This document shows positions 1 through 10,044 of a DNA stretch of 37,095 bases, piece after piece. Each line of letters opens with the position of its first letter. The stretch's first letter is position 1. Where the stretch lies: contig ONMG01000239.1 of NCBI GenBank assembly GCA_900318855.1, forward strand, positions 1-37,095. Reading direction: 5' to 3'. Under the pieces are notes generated by a model. That model had not been told where the DNA came from. It searched no databases and saw only the letters and a list, made by a program, of their open reading frames with translations. The position numbers and the translations under genes were made by a program. This DNA is from an uncultured Prevotella sp. (GTDB lineage Bacteria; Bacteroidota; Bacteroidia; Bacteroidales; Bacteroidaceae).

Positions 1-817
1 CCTTGACCACTTCCACCGTCGACCAGTGGGGGAGAATGTTGTGCCCCATCATGCTGCACACCGAGAAGACAACGATTACAGCCAGAGCCCCTAAGAAGAT
101 GTAGACGGCCCGCTTACTCTCGGGCGCTATCTTCAGATTGAGCGTGGTGGCCGTGTTGCCGTAGATGTATTCGTAGGCTGCGGGGTCCTTAATCTTTTTG
201 AGGAATTCGGGGTCCTTGTCGAGGTCCAGGCCGCGATGCCAGCTGTAGGCCACAGCCATGAGGATGCCCACGATACAGGCCGGAATCGTGACCATGATGA
301 CTTGCAGATTGCTCACATTGAAACCGTGGTCGGCCGAGATGGCGGCAAATGCCACTACGGCCGCAGCAATGGGTGAGCAGGTGATGCCAATCTGAGAGGC
401 TATCGACGCGATGCCGCAGGGACGCTCGGGGCGGATGCCTTTCTTCAGCGCGATGTCGCAGATGATGGGCATGAGGGTGTAGACGACGTGCCCCGTTCCC
501 ACCAGCACTGTGAGTATGAAGGTGGAGAAGGGAGCCAGCAGCGTGATGCGGTCGGGATGCTTGCGCAGCAGTCGCTCGGCCACCTGTATCATCCAGTCCA
601 TCCCTCCCGATGCCTGGAGCATTCCGGCGCAGGTGACGGCGGCGATGATGATGTAGATGACGTCGGTAGGAGGAGTGCTGGGCTTGAGCTGGAAGCCGAA
701 CACCAGAATAGCAAGGCCGATGCCCGAGATGGCACCGAGCGCAAGTGAGCCGTAGCGGGCTCCTACCCATAGCGCAAGGAGCACTACAAGCAGTTCGATA
801 ATCATTGTTAGGGTCAT
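1..817 (-). CDS. Anaerobic C4-dicarboxylate transporter, DcuA/DcuB family (5' part; runs off the left edge)
   Basis: Not in the ORF track because it is open at the edge. Manual translation from ATG 817 gives MTLTMIIELLVVLLALWVGARYGSLALGAISG..., then ...RKHPDRITLLAP...GTGHVVY...RPERPCGIASIASQIGITCSPI..., which are typical Dcu-family motifs. Confidence 0.88.
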   Translation of the reverse strand, partial: MTLTMIIELLVVLLALWVGARYGSLALGAISGIGLAILVFGFQLKPSTPPTDVIYIIIAAVTCAGMLQASGGMDWMIQVAERLLRKHPDRITLLAPFSTFILTVLVGTGHVVYTLMPIICDIALKKGIRPERPCGIASIASQIGITCSPIAAAVVAFAAISADHGFNVSNLQVIMVTIPACIVGILMAVAYSWHRGLDLDKDPEFLKKIKDPAAYEYIYGNTATTLNLKIAPESKRAVYIFLGALAVIVVFSVCSMMGHNILPHWSTVEVVK

Positions 818-918
818 AATGTTGATTGTTTTTAGTGGCTCTTCGGTTAGGTGCCGTCGGGCCGGGATAGGTTGATGTTAGTCGGGGTCTCGCCTTCAGT
901 GGTGGGGCTGACCTGCAA

Positions 919-1950
919 TCAGACTTCTTGTCTGAGGGCGGCCAGCAGAGCGGCGTTCTCGCTCTTCGAGCCGATGGTGATGCGCAGACAGTTGTGGCAC
1001 AGGGCCACGCGCGTGCGGTTGCGCACGATGATGCCGCGCTCCACGAGGTAGTCGTAGGTGTGCTGGGCATCTCTCATCAGTGCCAGGAAGAAGTTGGCAT
1101 CGGTGGGATACACCTTCACGCACTGGGGCAGCTCGCTGAAGGCCTCCATAGTGCGCTCGCGCTCCAGCAGAATGGTCTTCACCCATTTCACCACCTCGTA
1201 GGGGTCGTCGAGCATCTCCGTGGCCTTCTCCTGGGTGAGCAGGTTCACGTTGTAGGGATACTTCACCTTGTTGAAGAGCTCTATGATGGGCTGCTCGGCA
1301 AAGGCCATTCCCAGCCTTATGGCGGCGCAGCCCCAGGCCTTGCTCATGGTGTTGAGCACGATGAGATTGTCTCTCCGTGGGACCTCGGTGCGCATCACGG
1401 GCTTCGAGGTGAAGTCGCTGTAGGCCTCATCCACTACGACGATGCCCTTGAAGCGCTCTACCACGCGCAGAATCTCCCGATGGTCGATGCAGTTGCCCGT
1501 AGGGTTGTTGGGACTGCAAATCCATATGAGCTTTGTGTTTGCGTCGCACCGCTCAAGCAGTTGCTCAGCCTTAATCTGATAGTGGTCGTCGAGCAGTACC
1601 GGCCGGTATTCCACGTCGTTGATGTCGGCACACACCTTATACATGCCGTAGGTGGGCTCTATTGCCACTACATTGTCGATGCCCGGTCGGCAGAATACGC
1701 GGTAGCAGAGGTCAATGGCCTCGTCGCTGCCGTTGCCTAAAAAGATGTTCTCGGCCCCGACACCTTTGATAGAGGCGATGCGGGCCTTCAGTTGGCGCTG
1801 CAGTGGGTCGGGATAGCGGTTGAGCGGACTGTTGTAAGGATTCTCGTTCGCATCGAGCAAGGCGTTGACCTTGCCCCCGCTATATTCGTTCCGGGCGCAG
1901 CTGTAGGGGGTGAGCGCTGCAATGTTGGGCCTTACGAGAGATTTGTCCAT
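919..1950 (-). CDS. hisC: Histidinol-phosphate aminotransferase
   Basis: [33 protein letters not shown] and PLP-lysine motif [14 protein letters not shown]; lies downstream of hisG-hisD. Confidence 0.96.
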   Translation of the reverse strand: MDKSLVRPNIAALTPYSCARNEYSGGKVNALLDANENPYNSPLNRYPDPLQRQLKARIASIKGVGAENIFLGNGSDEAIDLCYRVFCRPGIDNVVAIEPTYGMYKVCADINDVEYRPVLLDDHYQIKAEQLLERCDANTKLIWICSPNNPTGNCIDHREILRVVERFKGIVVVDEAYSDFTSKPVMRTEVPRRDNLIVLNTMSKAWGCAAIRLGMAFAEQPIIELFNKVKYPYNVNLLTQEKATEMLDDPYEVVKWVKTILLERERTMEAFSELPQCVKVYPTDANFFLALMRDAQHTYDYLVERGIIVRNRTRVALCHNCLRITIGSKSENAALLAALRQEV

Positions 1951-2036
1951 AGCTGTAATTTGAAGGGTTGACGAGTCTCCGGCAGATGGTTGCGGGGACC
2001 GTTGGTATGGGTTGTGAGCGAGTCGGGGGCGAGCCT

Positions 2037-3323
2037 TTACTCCTCCAGGCTCTTCAGTCTGACGGCCATAGCTCGGGCGTGGGCATCGAGATGCTCAGCG
2101 CGAGCCATCACCTCGACGGACGGACCGATGGAGCGCACGCCCTCGGCCGAGATATGCTGGAAGGTGATCTTGCGGCAGAAACTGTCGAGGTTCACTCCGT
2201 TGTAGGCTCTGGCATAGCCGTGTGTGGGCAGCGTGTGGTTGGTGCCGCTGGCGTAGTCGCCCGCGCTCTCACAGGAGTAGTTGCCGAGGAAGACACTGCC
2301 GGCATTGACCACTTTGGCCGCTAACAGGTCGCTCTGCGCTGTGGCCAGGATGAGATGCTCGGGGGCATAGGCGTTGCTGAGCTCCATGGCCTCGTCGAGC
2401 GTGCTCACAAGTACGAGGTGGGAGCTTTCGAGCGCTTTGGAGGCTGTCTCGCGGCGCGGCAGCGTGTCGAGCTGTATGCTGAGTTGCTGCTGAATCTCTT
2501 CCAGCCGCTGCTCCGATGTGGTGATGAGCATCACCTGCGAGTCGATGCCATGTTCGGCCTGGGAGAGCAGGTCGGCGGCGACAAATTCCGCACGGCAACT
2601 CTCGTCGGCCACCACGCACACCTCCGAAGGGCCGGCCGGCATGTCGATGGCTACGTCGTGCAGACTCACCTGCTGCTTGGCGGCCATGACGTACTGATTG
2701 CCGGGGCCAAAGATTTTATACACCTTGGGTACCGATTCTGTGCCGTAAGCCAGGGCTCCGATGGCCTGCACTCCGCCTGCCTTGAAAATGCGATGCACTC
2801 CTGCCACCTGGGCGGCTGCCACAATAGCCGGATTCACGTGGCCTTCGCGATTGGGGGGAGTACAGAGCACAATCTCCTTACAGCCCGCGATGACAGCCGG
2901 TGTGGCCAGCATCAGCACGGTGGAGAAGAGGGGGGCTGTGCCTCCGGGTATATAGAGTCCCACGCGCTCTATGGGCACGCTCTTCTGCCAGCACACCACT
3001 CCGGGGGCGGTCTCCACTTTGAGCTCGCTGAATCGCTGTGCGCTGTGGAAGGCGGCAATGTTGTTGTGAGCCAGTAGCAGTGCCTGCATCAGGTCGGGGC
3101 TCACCTGCTGGAGCGCCGCTTCCTTCTCCTCCTCTGCCATTTCCAAATCGGTGAGCTGTGCGTGGTCGAACTGCTGTTCATAGCGCTTTACGGCGTTGTC
3201 ACCGTTGTGGTGGACATCGGCCAGGATGCGGGCCACGGTGTCGTTGAGTTGCTCTGTGTTGAGGTGGGGTCTCACTGTGAGCGAGCCCCACGAGGCTTTG
3301 TCAGGATAACGTAGGATGTTCAT
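2037..3323 (-). CDS. hisD: Histidinol dehydrogenase
   Basis: [55 protein letters not shown] motifs. Confidence 0.97.
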   Translation of the reverse strand: MNILRYPDKASWGSLTVRPHLNTEQLNDTVARILADVHHNGDNAVKRYEQQFDHAQLTDLEMAEEEKEAALQQVSPDLMQALLLAHNNIAAFHSAQRFSELKVETAPGVVCWQKSVPIERVGLYIPGGTAPLFSTVLMLATPAVIAGCKEIVLCTPPNREGHVNPAIVAAAQVAGVHRIFKAGGVQAIGALAYGTESVPKVYKIFGPGNQYVMAAKQQVSLHDVAIDMPAGPSEVCVVADESCRAEFVAADLLSQAEHGIDSQVMLITTSEQRLEEIQQQLSIQLDTLPRRETASKALESSHLVLVSTLDEAMELSNAYAPEHLILATAQSDLLAAKVVNAGSVFLGNYSCESAGDYASGTNHTLPTHGYARAYNGVNLDSFCRKITFQHISAEGVRSIGPSVEVMARAEHLDAHARAMAVRLKSLEE

Positions 3324-3327
3324 TGCT

Positions 3328-4179
3328 TCAAAGAATCATTTTCTCTATAGGTGTCACCAGGATGCCTTGTGCTCCCAGTTCGCGCAGCTTGCCGATAATC
3401 TCCCAAAAGCGCTTCTCGTCGAGCACCGTGTGGATGGAGCACCAGCCGTCGTCGGCCAGGGGTATCACCGTAGGGCTCTTGATGCCGGGGAGCACTGCCG
3501 TAATGGCGCTCACCTTGTCTCGGGGTGCGTTCATCATCACGTATTTTTTGTCCTGCGCCGAGCGCACGGCCTCGAATCTGAATTTGAGTTCCTCGAGCAC
3601 TTGCCGCTTCTCCTCGGGCAGCTGCTCATGGGCAATGAGCAGAGCCTCGCTCTTCATCACTACTTCGGCCTCACGCAGATTGTTGCTCACCAGGGTGGAG
3701 CCACTGCTCACGATGTCGAAGATAGCGTCGGCGAGCCCGATGCCTGGACTTATCTCCACACTGCCCGTGATGACGTGGATGTCGGCCTTCACGTGGTGGT
3801 CATCAAGATAGTGGCGCAGAATGTTGGGGTAGGAGGTGGCAATCTTCTTGCCATTGAACCAGTCCACACCACAGTAGCCGGCAGTCTTGGGAATGGCGAG
3901 CGAGAGTCTGCAGCGGCTGAAACCCAGATGGGCCTCAACGCTCACCTTCTCCCGGCGCTCGGTCAGCTCGTTCTCGCCCACTATACCGGCATCGGCCACA
4001 CCGAGTGCCACGCTCTGCGGAATGTCGTCGTCGCGGAGAAAGAGTACTTCAAGGGGATAATTGGAAGCTTCTACAAGCAGCGTGCGCTTGGCTGGCCCCA
4101 CTTTGATGCCGGCTTCGGAAAGGAGATTCATGCTGTCGTCGTAGAGGCGCCCTTTTGACTGAATTGCTATTCTGAACAT
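3328..4179 (-). CDS. hisG: ATP phosphoribosyltransferase (long form)
   Basis: RIAIQSKGRL, RDDDIP, IATSYP, GSVE, DIVSSGSTL; 283 aa including the C-terminal regulatory domain. Confidence 0.97.
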   Translation of the reverse strand: MFRIAIQSKGRLYDDSMNLLSEAGIKVGPAKRTLLVEASNYPLEVLFLRDDDIPQSVALGVADAGIVGENELTERREKVSVEAHLGFSRCRLSLAIPKTAGYCGVDWFNGKKIATSYPNILRHYLDDHHVKADIHVITGSVEISPGIGLADAIFDIVSSGSTLVSNNLREAEVVMKSEALLIAHEQLPEEKRQVLEELKFRFEAVRSAQDKKYVMMNAPRDKVSAITAVLPGIKSPTVIPLADDGWCSIHTVLDEKRFWEIIGKLRELGAQGILVTPIEKMIL

Positions 4180-4214
4180 CTTTGTCTACTTAATCGAATA
4201 ATCATGTTTGCTTG

Positions 4215-4246
4215 CAAAAGTAACGCAATTTATCGGTAGTTGCAAA
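4215..4246 (-). promoter_or_regulatory. Bacteroidetes primary-sigma promoter for hisG-hisD-hisC-dcu
   Basis: Minus strand TTTG (4246-4243), 20-nt spacer, TACTTTTG (4222-4215), matching the -33/-7 consensus. Confidence 0.75.
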
Positions 4247-4254
4247 TAAAAGTG

Positions 4255-4262
4255 TAACTTTG
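4255..4262 (+). promoter_or_regulatory. -7 promoter element for the MltF-like gene
   Basis: TAACTTTG 16 nt before ATG 4279; no clean -33 TTTG at canonical spacing. Confidence 0.55.
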
Positions 4263-4278
4263 TGGCGATTTTCTCAAT

Positions 4279-5451
4279 ATGAAGCAACTTATCCTTTTCA
4301 TTCTCCTCGTTGCCGGTCTTGCGTCGTGTCAGCAGAAACGTGTGCAGACCACGCCCTGGGGTACCGTTGTGGGAGCCGACACGGCCGATGTGAGCTCCAC
4401 TTTCACGCTGACCGACATTCAGGACGAGGGCGAACTGCTCGCCCTCACCCTCTCGGGTCCCGACACCTATTACGACTATCATGGCCACGGCATGGGTGTG
4501 CAATATCTGCTCTGCGAGCAGTTTGCCAAGCAGATTGGAGTAGCCGTACGTGTGGAGGTGTGCCGCGACACCACCGAGATGGTGAAGCGGCTGCTCAATG
4601 GCGATGCCGACCTCATTGCCGTGCAACTGCCCCGAGGCATCCGGGGGCTGCGCTATTGCGGGGCCTCGGATGCGGGACGACGGACGCAGTGGGCGGTGAA
4701 GGCCGACAACAGCGAACTGGCCGACACGCTATCGCGCTGGTTCAAGCCCGAGATGACAGCCCGCATCCGTCGCGAAGAGTCGTTCCTGCTCTCGGCACGC
4801 AGCATCGAGCGACATGTCTATTCGCCCATGCTCGACCGCGCCGGTGGCGTCATCTCGCGCTACGACCGCTATTTTAAGATGTACGCACCCCTGGCCCGTT
4901 GGGACTGGCGCCTCATGGCCGCCCAGAGCTATCAGGAATCGTGCTTCGACCCTCAGGCCCGCTCTTGGGCCGGTGCGCAAGGACTCATGCAGATTATGCC
5001 TTCTACGGCCGACCATCTCGGTCTGCCATCCTCTCAGCTCACCGATCCTGAGATGAACATCGCAGCCGCGGCTAAGTATATAGCCCAGCTCAGTGGAAAG
5101 TTTAGTGACATCGGGGATGTGATTGAACGTCAGAACTTTGTACTGGCCAGCTACAACGGAGGTTACTGGCATGTGCGCGATGCCATGGCCTTGGCCCGGC
5201 AGCATGGCTACAATCCTCATCGTTGGGCTGAGGTGTCGCAGTTTGTGCTCCGTCTCAGCGACCCGGCCTATTATCGCAGTGCAGTGGTGAAAAACGGCTA
5301 TATGCGAGGTTCGGAGACTGTAGACTATGTGAACCGCATCCGTAAGCGTTATGCTCAGTATCGCGGTGTTGCTGGTGGCGGAGGCTTCACAGCTCCGGCT
5401 GGCAGCATGATGCCGGCGAGAGCCAATAAGAAATACCGCTTCCATGTGTAG
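4279..5451 (+). CDS. MltF-like membrane-bound lytic transglycosylase (lipoprotein; substrate-binding-like domain plus SLT domain)
   Basis: Lipobox LASC; SLT motifs YQES (catalytic Glu), AQGLMQI, ASYNGG, ETVDYV. Confidence 0.88.
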   Translation: MKQLILFILLVAGLASCQQKRVQTTPWGTVVGADTADVSSTFTLTDIQDEGELLALTLSGPDTYYDYHGHGMGVQYLLCEQFAKQIGVAVRVEVCRDTTEMVKRLLNGDADLIAVQLPRGIRGLRYCGASDAGRRTQWAVKADNSELADTLSRWFKPEMTARIRREESFLLSARSIERHVYSPMLDRAGGVISRYDRYFKMYAPLARWDWRLMAAQSYQESCFDPQARSWAGAQGLMQIMPSTADHLGLPSSQLTDPEMNIAAAAKYIAQLSGKFSDIGDVIERQNFVLASYNGGYWHVRDAMALARQHGYNPHRWAEVSQFVLRLSDPAYYRSAVVKNGYMRGSETVDYVNRIRKRYAQYRGVAGGGGFTAPAGSMMPARANKKYRFHV

Positions 5452-5673
5452 CGCCCGATAGATGTCTTAAGAGTCGGACAACGGCGGCTGATTTTTGTTT
5501 TGTAGAGCAGCTGCCCGTCCCCGGCTTTCACCCTAAAGCCTTGCCCGTGACAAATCATGGGCGAAGGGCCAAGTAATGGCTCAGAAGAGAATGCGTGCGG
5601 AGGATGAGCAGATGGCTGCACGTAGATGCCCGTGAACACCGTAGATTCCGACGATTAATACGCCACCTTCCAC

Positions 5674-5766
5674 AATCTACGGCATATGGTGTACTAATCT
5701 ACGGCATATGGCGTACTATTGTCCGGCATATGGCGTACTATTGTCCGGCATATGGTGTACAATGTC
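5674..5766 (+). repeat. Tandem repeat, 22-bp unit x4 (CGGCATATGGYGTACTAWTSTM)
   Basis: Units start at 5680, 5702, 5724 and 5746; no spacers. Confidence 0.92.
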
Positions 5767-5924
5767 TGCCCCCGAGGGAAGCGAAGAGGATTCCGTGGGC
5801 ACACTATATTGGCATTAACTGATTCACGGAAAATATCCCGTGACCAAAAAATCGGCTCATAAACTTGCGGGATTCGAAATCTTAATGTATTTTTGCCTTG
5901 AAAACGATATCAAAGAGTTACACT

Positions 5925-7007
5925 ATGACGCGTTACCACCTCTTACTTCTATGGCTTGCCGTCATCCTGCTGGCAGGCTGCAAGAAAGATCCTCAGGAGA
6001 TATTCAGTGAACAGAAGTCGGGCGTAGTGCTCATCTGCAATGAGTACTACTATGATATTACGCTCTCCGATGGTGACCATATCTATTTCTCAGGCCTCGA
6101 CAGCAACGGCAGCTTTGTGAATCTCACCGGCAACCTTGCTACCATCAAACAGCATCCCGGAGTGCTCAACGGTACGGGATTCTTCATTGACAAGGCGGGA
6201 CGAATTCTCACCAACCGCCACGTAGTAGCCCCCGAGGTGGACAAAAGCACTGTGAAGAACAATGTGAACCGCATCATCGAGAGCTTCACTCTGTCCATTC
6301 AAGCCTTGCAGGACTCCTTGAACCAGCGCTATCAGAGCATTGAGCTGTATGCCTCGCAGAACTCCTATCAGAATGAGTACGGCGAGACGGTGAGTCAGCT
6401 GAGCGGGGACGAGCTGAGTTCACTGCAAGAGGAGGTGGAGCATCTGAAGGAGCAGTACGACGAGGCAGAAAGCGTAAAGAACAGCCTGAGGAGCAACATA
6501 CTCAGCGACCACTTCACCATTCAGTTGCATTCTCAATTCGGCGTAGCCTTCGACGGCAGCGACGTCGACTCTTGGAACGACTTTATGAAAACACCATGCT
6601 CGCTGCTGCGCGTCTCCGAGGATGCCAACTCCGACCTTGCGCTTCTGCAACTCAAGACGGCTATGACGCCGCCCGACCACTTCGTGTTCGATATTGCCGG
6701 GGCCAATGCCAACTACGACGACAAGTTGCAAATCAATCAGACCGTCTTCATGATAGGCTATAATCATGGCGTGGCACTTGCCAAGACCGACAACGGCATC
6801 CGTGCGCAGTTCACGAGTGGCACCATCACTCAGCAGCCCGACGGCAAGCGCATCACCTACAGTATCCCGGCCATGCCCGGCTCCAGTGGCTCGCCCGTGG
6901 TCGATGAGCGTGGCAAGCTGATAGCCGTGAATTTCGCGGGCAGCAATGGCAGCGACAACTTCAACTTCGGCATTCCTCTGATGCGTGTGCTCACCTTTGT
7001 GCGCTGA
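5925..7007 (+). CDS. Trypsin-like (S1) serine protease lipoprotein
   Basis: Lipobox LAGC after ATG 5925 (preferred over TTG 5898, which lies directly after the -7 element TATTTTTG at 5888-5895). GTGFF, TNRHVV (His), DLALL (Asp), PGSSGSP (Ser). Confidence 0.88.
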   Translation: MTRYHLLLLWLAVILLAGCKKDPQEIFSEQKSGVVLICNEYYYDITLSDGDHIYFSGLDSNGSFVNLTGNLATIKQHPGVLNGTGFFIDKAGRILTNRHVVAPEVDKSTVKNNVNRIIESFTLSIQALQDSLNQRYQSIELYASQNSYQNEYGETVSQLSGDELSSLQEEVEHLKEQYDEAESVKNSLRSNILSDHFTIQLHSQFGVAFDGSDVDSWNDFMKTPCSLLRVSEDANSDLALLQLKTAMTPPDHFVFDIAGANANYDDKLQINQTVFMIGYNHGVALAKTDNGIRAQFTSGTITQQPDGKRITYSIPAMPGSSGSPVVDERGKLIAVNFAGSNGSDNFNFGIPLMRVLTFVR

Positions 7008-7199
7008 ACGGGGGACCGCGATGATGCCATGCCCAGAGCAATTTTGATGAATGACCTTCAGTGCGTTCGCTGCCTGTCTGTGAGCTTGAGCAGTACCTCG
7101 TAAAAGAAGGAGGAACGAATCAAGCCGGACTCTATCGGACGGACATGGAAGGATGACAACAGAATATTCACAACAAGGAAAAGTTTAGCTTTCACTATT

Positions 7200-8516
7200 A
7201 TGACACATTTCAAGCAGAAGCTGCAACATCAGATTCTTCTACCTGTAATGCAGTTCATCAGTCAGGAAAAATCGGGAGGTGTCGTGCTCGGCATTGCCGT
7301 GCTGTTGGCGCTCATTTTGGCCAACAGTCCGCTGCGCGACGACTATGCCCATTTTCTACACCATCATTTGGGTTTTGTCGTCGATGGCACACCTTATCTG
7401 AATTTCAGTCTGGCCCACTGGATTAACGACGGTCTGATGTCGATGTTTTTCTTTGTTGTCGGGCTTGAGCTCAAACGCGAGTTCATTGGAGGTGAGCTGC
7501 GCGACCTGCGCAAGGTGACGCTGCCCATTGCGGCGGCTGTGATGGGAATGATTTTCCCCGCTCTCATCTATCTCGTTTTCAATGGAAATACTGCCGAGGC
7601 GCAGGGCTGGGGTATTCCTATGGCCACCGACATCGCCTTTGCACTGGCTGTGGTCTATCTCTTAGGCCCTCGCGTTCCGGTGTCGGCAAAGGTGTTCCTC
7701 ACCACATTGGCCATCGTCGACGACCTCGGCTCGGTGCTCGTTATCGCGCTCTTCTACACCTCCGAGCTTTCTCTGCTCAACCTGCTCATAGGTTTGGTTT
7801 TCCTTTTGGTTATGTTTATTGGCAACAAGTTAGGGGTGAAGTCCATCTGGTTCTATGGATTGTTGGGCATTGGCGGTGTGTGGACAGCCTTCCTGCTCTC
7901 GGGTATCCATGCCACTATAGCCGCAGTGCTGTCGGCCATGGTCATTCCTGCCGACTCGCATATTAGTGAGGTCTCCTTCGTGGCCCGTATGAGGAAGCTC
8001 ACGCGAAGGTTTGGCCAGGCAGAATCCAACGACGTGCGCACGCTGGAACCCGATCAGGTGGATATCATTGCCCGCGTGAAGACCGACGCCAATCAGGCCT
8101 TGCCACCGTTGCAGCGCCTGGAGCACGGGTTGCACCCCTTCGTAGCCTTCTTCGTCATGCCCGTCTTCGCTTTGGGCAATGCCGGTGTGTCGTTTGTTGA
8201 CATGGACCTCAACATGCTCTTCGACACCCATATCGCCATCGGCGTGATGCTGGGTCTGCTCTTGGGCAAGCCTTCGGCTATTGTAGGGTCGGTGTGGCTG
8301 ATGGAGCGCCTCGGATGGGGGCGCCGCAGCCGTCAGCTCAGTTGGCGCCGTCTAACCGGTTTGGGCTTCCTGGCCTCCATCGGCTTCACGATGTCGATGT
8401 TTGTCACCACTCTTGCCTTCCACACTCCCGAAGCCGACAGCCAGGCTAAGGTGGGTATCTTCGCTGCGTCGATTGTCGGTGGCATCGTGGGCTACAGAAT
8501 CTTGCTGAGGCGCTAA
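7200..8516 (+). CDS. nhaA: Na+/H+ antiporter NhaA
   Basis: HWINDGLM, GLELKRE, GWGIPMATDIAFA, LAIVDDLG, SGIHATIA, LGKP, IGFTMSMF. Confidence 0.96.
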   Translation: MTHFKQKLQHQILLPVMQFISQEKSGGVVLGIAVLLALILANSPLRDDYAHFLHHHLGFVVDGTPYLNFSLAHWINDGLMSMFFFVVGLELKREFIGGELRDLRKVTLPIAAAVMGMIFPALIYLVFNGNTAEAQGWGIPMATDIAFALAVVYLLGPRVPVSAKVFLTTLAIVDDLGSVLVIALFYTSELSLLNLLIGLVFLLVMFIGNKLGVKSIWFYGLLGIGGVWTAFLLSGIHATIAAVLSAMVIPADSHISEVSFVARMRKLTRRFGQAESNDVRTLEPDQVDIIARVKTDANQALPPLQRLEHGLHPFVAFFVMPVFALGNAGVSFVDMDLNMLFDTHIAIGVMLGLLLGKPSAIVGSVWLMERLGWGRRSRQLSWRRLTGLGFLASIGFTMSMFVTTLAFHTPEADSQAKVGIFAASIVGGIVGYRILLRR

Positions 8517-8604
8517 ATCCATTGGGTGGTGCCCTCCTTGTCATATAATCATATTGTGGCACACAAGCTGTAGGCTGCCCCCATCCAGGCGCCCGCATTT
8601 TATT

Positions 8605-8632
8605 TCCTATGGCAAGGGGCACTGCCATAGGA
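8605..8632. terminator. Hairpin between convergent nhaA and nitroreductase
   Basis: Perfect 10-bp inverted repeat TCCTATGGCA / TGCCATAGGA with an 8-nt loop; no strong U-tract. Confidence 0.5.
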
Positions 8633-8640
8633 TGCGCTTC

Positions 8641-9375
8641 TTACACCCGGTGATAGGTCTCGCTGAAAGGCTGGCGGTAGCGTTCGCCCCACACTCCGTC
8701 AGGGAGTCGCACGCCGCAGGTGACAACCATATTGATTTCCACCTTCCGGGGCAGATGCAGTGCCTTCTTCACAAGTAGGCTGTCGAAGCCCTCCAGGGGG
8801 CATGTATCGTAGCCCGCCTCACTCATGGCGAGCATGAAAGTCTGCACGGCCAGGGCACAACTCTTGTGCACCACCACCCGCATGTCGGCCTCCGATACTT
8901 GTCTCACGATGGGCCGTCGGAGTCCCACGCATTGGGCGAGCAGCTTACGCACTAAGCCCCACAGACCGAGGCAACGTGAGTAGAGGATGGGCATCAACTT
9001 TCCGTAGTAGACATTCCACTTCTTGATGCGCTTGTCCTGCTTCTCCTCAGGACTGTTGCGCCGCTGGTTGCCCTCCTCAAACTTGCGGGCTGCTTCGGCA
9101 TGGCGCTTGTAGAGGTCTTGTCGCGTGACAAACACCACTATCTCCTGAGCTGAACGTGCCGTGAGCTGGTCGAGGCAGGCATGAGCAAGTTTTGCCAAAA
9201 CGGCCTTGTCGGTCACGTGATAGCATTCCCAAAGTTGCATGTTTGAGCTGGTGGGTGCCAGTGTGGCCATTTTCAGGCACTGCTGCACCTTCTCGGGGTC
9301 GAGTGGCTTTGCAGGGTCGTAATGGCGGACCGCACGCCGGTGGTCTAAAATCTCCTGTAATGTCATATTATCCAT
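8641..9375 (-). CDS. Nitroreductase family protein
   Basis: RRAVRHY, LAPTSSNMQLW, GYDTCPLEGFD FMN-binding motifs. Confidence 0.9.
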   Translation of the reverse strand: MDNMTLQEILDHRRAVRHYDPAKPLDPEKVQQCLKMATLAPTSSNMQLWECYHVTDKAVLAKLAHACLDQLTARSAQEIVVFVTRQDLYKRHAEAARKFEEGNQRRNSPEEKQDKRIKKWNVYYGKLMPILYSRCLGLWGLVRKLLAQCVGLRRPIVRQVSEADMRVVVHKSCALAVQTFMLAMSEAGYDTCPLEGFDSLLVKKALHLPRKVEINMVVTCGVRLPDGVWGERYRQPFSETYHRV

Positions 9376-9421
9376 CTTTATTTGTTATCGTTTCTTCTCA
9401 TCGCCTTCGGGCGACTGCTTG

Positions 9422-9453
9422 CAAAGTTAGTCGATTCCTTGCTCATTGGCAAA
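9422..9453 (-). promoter_or_regulatory. Primary-sigma promoter of the nitroreductase gene
   Basis: Minus strand TTTG (9453-9450), 20-nt spacer, TAACTTTG (9429-9422). Confidence 0.72.
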
Positions 9454-9639
9454 TATTTCGAGGAAATATGTGATTACCAAGCCTTGGTAATAATGTAGGT
9501 AATTGGAAAATGATTTGCAGAATAGTTACCCAGTCATAGTGAAGCCCTTAATTTCGGTTAAAAACCACAGATAGCTGACGGAATTTGGGGAAAGTTGACT
9601 ACCTTTGCAGATAATCGTAATAAAGAAAGGAATACTGCA

Positions 9640-9939
9640 ATGATTAAGATTTATGGCATGCCCACCTGCCCCTACTGTGCTTACGTCGATGAGCAGGTGA
9701 AGGGCGACAATCGGTTTGCGGTCATTGACATTGGAGCCAACGTGCGCAATATGAGTGCTTTCATGCATCTGCGTGACAGCAATCCCGTGTTCGACCATTC
9801 AAAGGCCATTGGTGATATTGGCATCCCCGCTTTTGTGAAGGAGGATGGCACGGTGACATTGAAACCCGAGGAGGTGGGACTTAAGGAGTTCAATCCCGAC
9901 GAGGCCGCTTCGTGCAGTCTTGATGGAAAAGGGTGCTGA
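9640..9939 (+). CDS. Glutaredoxin-related protein
   Basis: MIKIYGMPTCPYC active site, IGIP cis-Pro motif, C-terminal SCSLDGKGC. ATG 9640 preferred because a -7 element TACCTTTG sits at 9600-9607. Confidence 0.85.
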   Translation: MIKIYGMPTCPYCAYVDEQVKGDNRFAVIDIGANVRNMSAFMHLRDSNPVFDHSKAIGDIGIPAFVKEDGTVTLKPEEVGLKEFNPDEAASCSLDGKGC

Positions 9940-9962
9940 GGCGTCACCGAAGTATAACAGAA

Positions 9963-10007
9963 AGCCCCCGTGGGTGTACCGTCGTCTGACGGACATCCAC
10001 GGGGGCT
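9963..10007. terminator. Long hairpin downstream of the glutaredoxin gene
   Basis: AGCCCCCGTGGGTGT...ACATCCACGGGGGCT with inner CCGTC/GACGG stem. Confidence 0.6.
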
Positions 10008-10044
10008 ACTTGTAGATCTCTGTGCATCGGCCTCGGGACTTGGC

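Noticed and set aside
189-1070. 293-aa minus-strand ORF and the many other overlapping or antisense ORFs in the track (e.g. 928-1740, 2355-3077, 3316-4158, 4729-5445, 15129-15878, 36126-36794)
   Set aside because: Shadow frames of well-supported genes in GC-rich DNA, with no recognisable motifs. The real gene at 1-817 is in another frame.
5674-5766. CRISPR array interpretation of the 22-bp repeats (also 16597-16662)
   Set aside because: Units are directly adjacent with no unique spacers, and there are no cas genes.
7008-7199. Fluoride or nhaA-type (Na+/Li+) riboswitch upstream of nhaA
   Set aside because: Only a loose GCGATGATG...TGATGA resemblance; the conserved stems and pseudoknot could not be built by eye.
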